Shown piece by piece: positions 61,756-64,000 of a DNA stretch of 64,000 bases; within the stretch, counting starts at the first letter, position 1, and each line of letters starts with the position of its first letter. Source of the stretch: Klebsormidium nitens (Eukaryota; Plantae; Klebsormidiophyceae); the NCBI GenBank assembly GCA_000708835.1, contig DF237120.1, positions 1 to 64,000 of the forward strand, given 5' to 3'. A program made the position numbers and the translations under genes. The notes beneath the pieces are model-generated. The model was not told the DNA's origin and searched no databases. It saw only the letters and a list, made by a program, of their open reading frames with translations.

Positions 61756-63015
61756 GCGTTCTGGATTCTTGCGCTTCTGCGTTACTGAGCTTGGATTTTT
61801 TGAGAAGTGCAACCAGGGGACAGATCTAAGTGCAGCATCCAAGGAAATTGAAGAAAGATGCTGAAATACCGCAGTCAGGAAGTCAACTGCAACCGAGCGG
61901 GGACGAAGGAAAGCACTGGACTTCAAGCCGCGCCTTTAAAGCGGATCGTGATTGGAGTGTGCGATGTGACTTCTATGGCCCAAATGGATCGGAGCCTCCG
62001 TTCGGTAGTTTCGTTTTCCAACAGCTGTTCCGAACCGTTTCGCTGCGTCATAACCTCATGGGCCTGCAATAATTCTCAAGAGCCATCTCATATGGACGTC
62101 AAGAAGCTCTGCATGGCCGCATCTCGCACTGAACGCTGCCTAAAAACTCGGACCCCGTTTTCACACCCGTTTCTCTGCAGCCGAACGATAGCGGACAACG
62201 ATCTTTTGCGTTTGTCTTGAGGTTAACTAGCGCTCTCTCAGAACCTTCGGAAAGATTGAAGTAAGATGGGGATGGCAGCTTCTTCGCGCATTCGCGGTTT
62301 TTGCGCTTTCTGCGTTTCTTGGGCTTGCGCTTTTTGAGAGCTGCAACCAGGGGACAAAGTATTTGAAAGGGGACAGATCTGTGTGGAGCTTCAGAGGATG
62401 TTGATTAAAGCTGCTGAAACCTCGCAGTCCAAAACGCAGTCAAAGAGTCAACGTTGTCGGATGCATGAAGCAGTGTACTCTCCTCGAACGTACAAACCCC
62501 GCCAGTCAGCCGATCGTGTTTGGAGTGTGCGATGACGTGACGTCTATGACCCAACGGAGCCCGTTATTCGGCAGATTCGTTTTTAAACAGCTGTTCCGAA
62601 CCGGTTCGATGCGTCAAAACCCGGGCCCGGGGCCTCTCATCATTCTTGGCATCTCATAGACGTCAGAAGAGAAGTGATTGCAGCGTCTTTTGCGCTTTTG
62701 GGCTTGAGCGATTTCGGAGCTGCAGCTTAGATCCGAGGGCAGCGTCAAAGGACTGGTAAAAGATGCTGAAACTTCGCAGTCAAAAAGTCAGCTGCAGCCG
62801 TGCGGGTGCGCATCAAGCACCATACTCTTTTCCAAGCGCACCTGCAGTCAAGATTGAAATGTGCGATGTGACTTCCGTGACCCACCGAACCGGAGCCCCT
62901 TGTTCGGCGGTTTCGGTTTTGAAGACCTGTTTCGAAACGGTTTGAAAGCATTTATAACCTCAGGCTAGGGCCTGCTAGGATTCTAGGCATGCATCTCGTA
63001 TGGACGTCAAACTGC
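61756..63015. repeat. Three degenerate tandem copies of a unit of about 340-380 bp upstream of the GT71 gene
   Basis: The ordered blocks tgcgctt..; gctgcaaccagggaca; aagatgctgaaa..cgcagtca; tgtgcgatgtgact; cggagccc..ttcggc; ctgttccgaaccg; catctc.tatggacgtca recur at about 61756, 62294 and 62680. Confidence 0.85.
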
Positions 63016-64000
63016 CCGGATTGGCCGCATCTCGCCCTGAACGTTGGCTTCGCAGTTTGGGCTGGCTTCGAAAGGCAGGCGTTCTCTGATCTGACTCGAC
63101 CCGAGTCCCTTTTTGCCTTCGGCTGCGCCCGGGCCCCGAACCCTTTACCGTCAGTAAAAAGCTTCAATGTCAACCTGCGTCCGTGAGTTCTGATGGCGTG
63201 ACAGCAAGCCCCCTCGCGCGCGCACAGGAACGATTGGGCTAGCGCTGCTAACCAGGCTGAAACGAAACCACAAGTTAATTGAGTCTCAGGTTATTGGACA
63301 ATAAGTTAAACATCCACGCCTTCACCTTGTGTGAATTTTAAAGGGCTGGTTACCGCCCAAGTCTGGTTTCCCGTACTGATAACCACTTCTTAACCAGCCC
63401 ATAGCCAGCCCATGACCCTATATGGGTTAAATGGCCAGAAATACCTGGGCGCTTGCCCGGTTTCCGGCTCCTCTTGCGTCTACTTCCGCTCGCGCAAGCT
63501 TGCAACTTGTGGTGAAAGATACTGCACACACCGAAACATATGGAGGAAGAACAGTCGTACGTCAGCTTTTGGAAGTTCGGGAGGGGTTTTTGACCACACA
63601 TTCAGCGGTTTAAATTGCTCGTACTACGCTCATACTGTTCTATCTGGTTTATGAACGTTTAGAGATCCAACTGTGGAAGCAAACCGCAAAGTTTCAAGCA
63701 CACAACCATCTGTAACTCAAGCCTCTCTAGAATCGAGTAGTTGACTCTTTTCGATAAGAGGGGATTGGCTATACTGTGAAGGACCTTCTATTCGCAGCTT
63801 TCAGTTGAAGCGATAGCGGCAGCTGCTTTTGACTCTATCTCACTGCGCATTGAGTGCGGGGGCAATGAGTGCGCCGGAGTCTTGGACAGCTGTACAGAGA
63901 ATAGCAGCTAGCTCCTCGCCGTCAAACTCGCTGACGTACAGCTGATGTCAGCAGCTTGGAAAACGACTTCGTAGTCACTGTCAACGCGACGCGGTTTGCG

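Overview
Intron-rich eukaryotic nuclear DNA with one N gap (15767-16731). The gene content and GC-rich exon style suggest a streptophyte green alga such as Klebsormidium; this is inference only. I threaded splice sites by hand and recovered six multi-exon loci. (1) A secreted 7-bladed Kelch propeller spliced in frame to a Root-cap (PF06830-like) domain, with an in-frame TGA at a Trp-like position (+, 1906-5907). (2) ORC3, with a 1-nt frameshift, a GC-AG intron and a repetitive insertion; I could not find its C-terminus (-, 14640 to about 8561). (3) A glutathione S-transferase with a transit-peptide-like N-terminus (-, 23907-28774). (4) An LRR / Cys-rich EGF-like / TM receptor-like pseudokinase with HRN in place of HRD (+, 30553-41345). 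(5) An 8-oxoguanine-deaminase/AtzB-like amidohydrolase (+, 43637-52084). (6) A GT71 (MNN2/5-like) mannosyltransferase fused through an RKLLQ motif to two C-C-CC-C-C modules (-, 55237-61603). Between them lie MITE-like elements, a decayed gene and tandem repeats. The most striking cross-gene pattern is repeated 'echoes': 120-165 bp tandem duplications that copy an exon end together with its splice site into the neighbouring intron. They occur at nine or more junctions in three genes, and some show a decay gradient. One would yield a soluble LRR ectodomain if its acceptor were used. I saw no rRNA, intact tRNA gene or CRISPR array.
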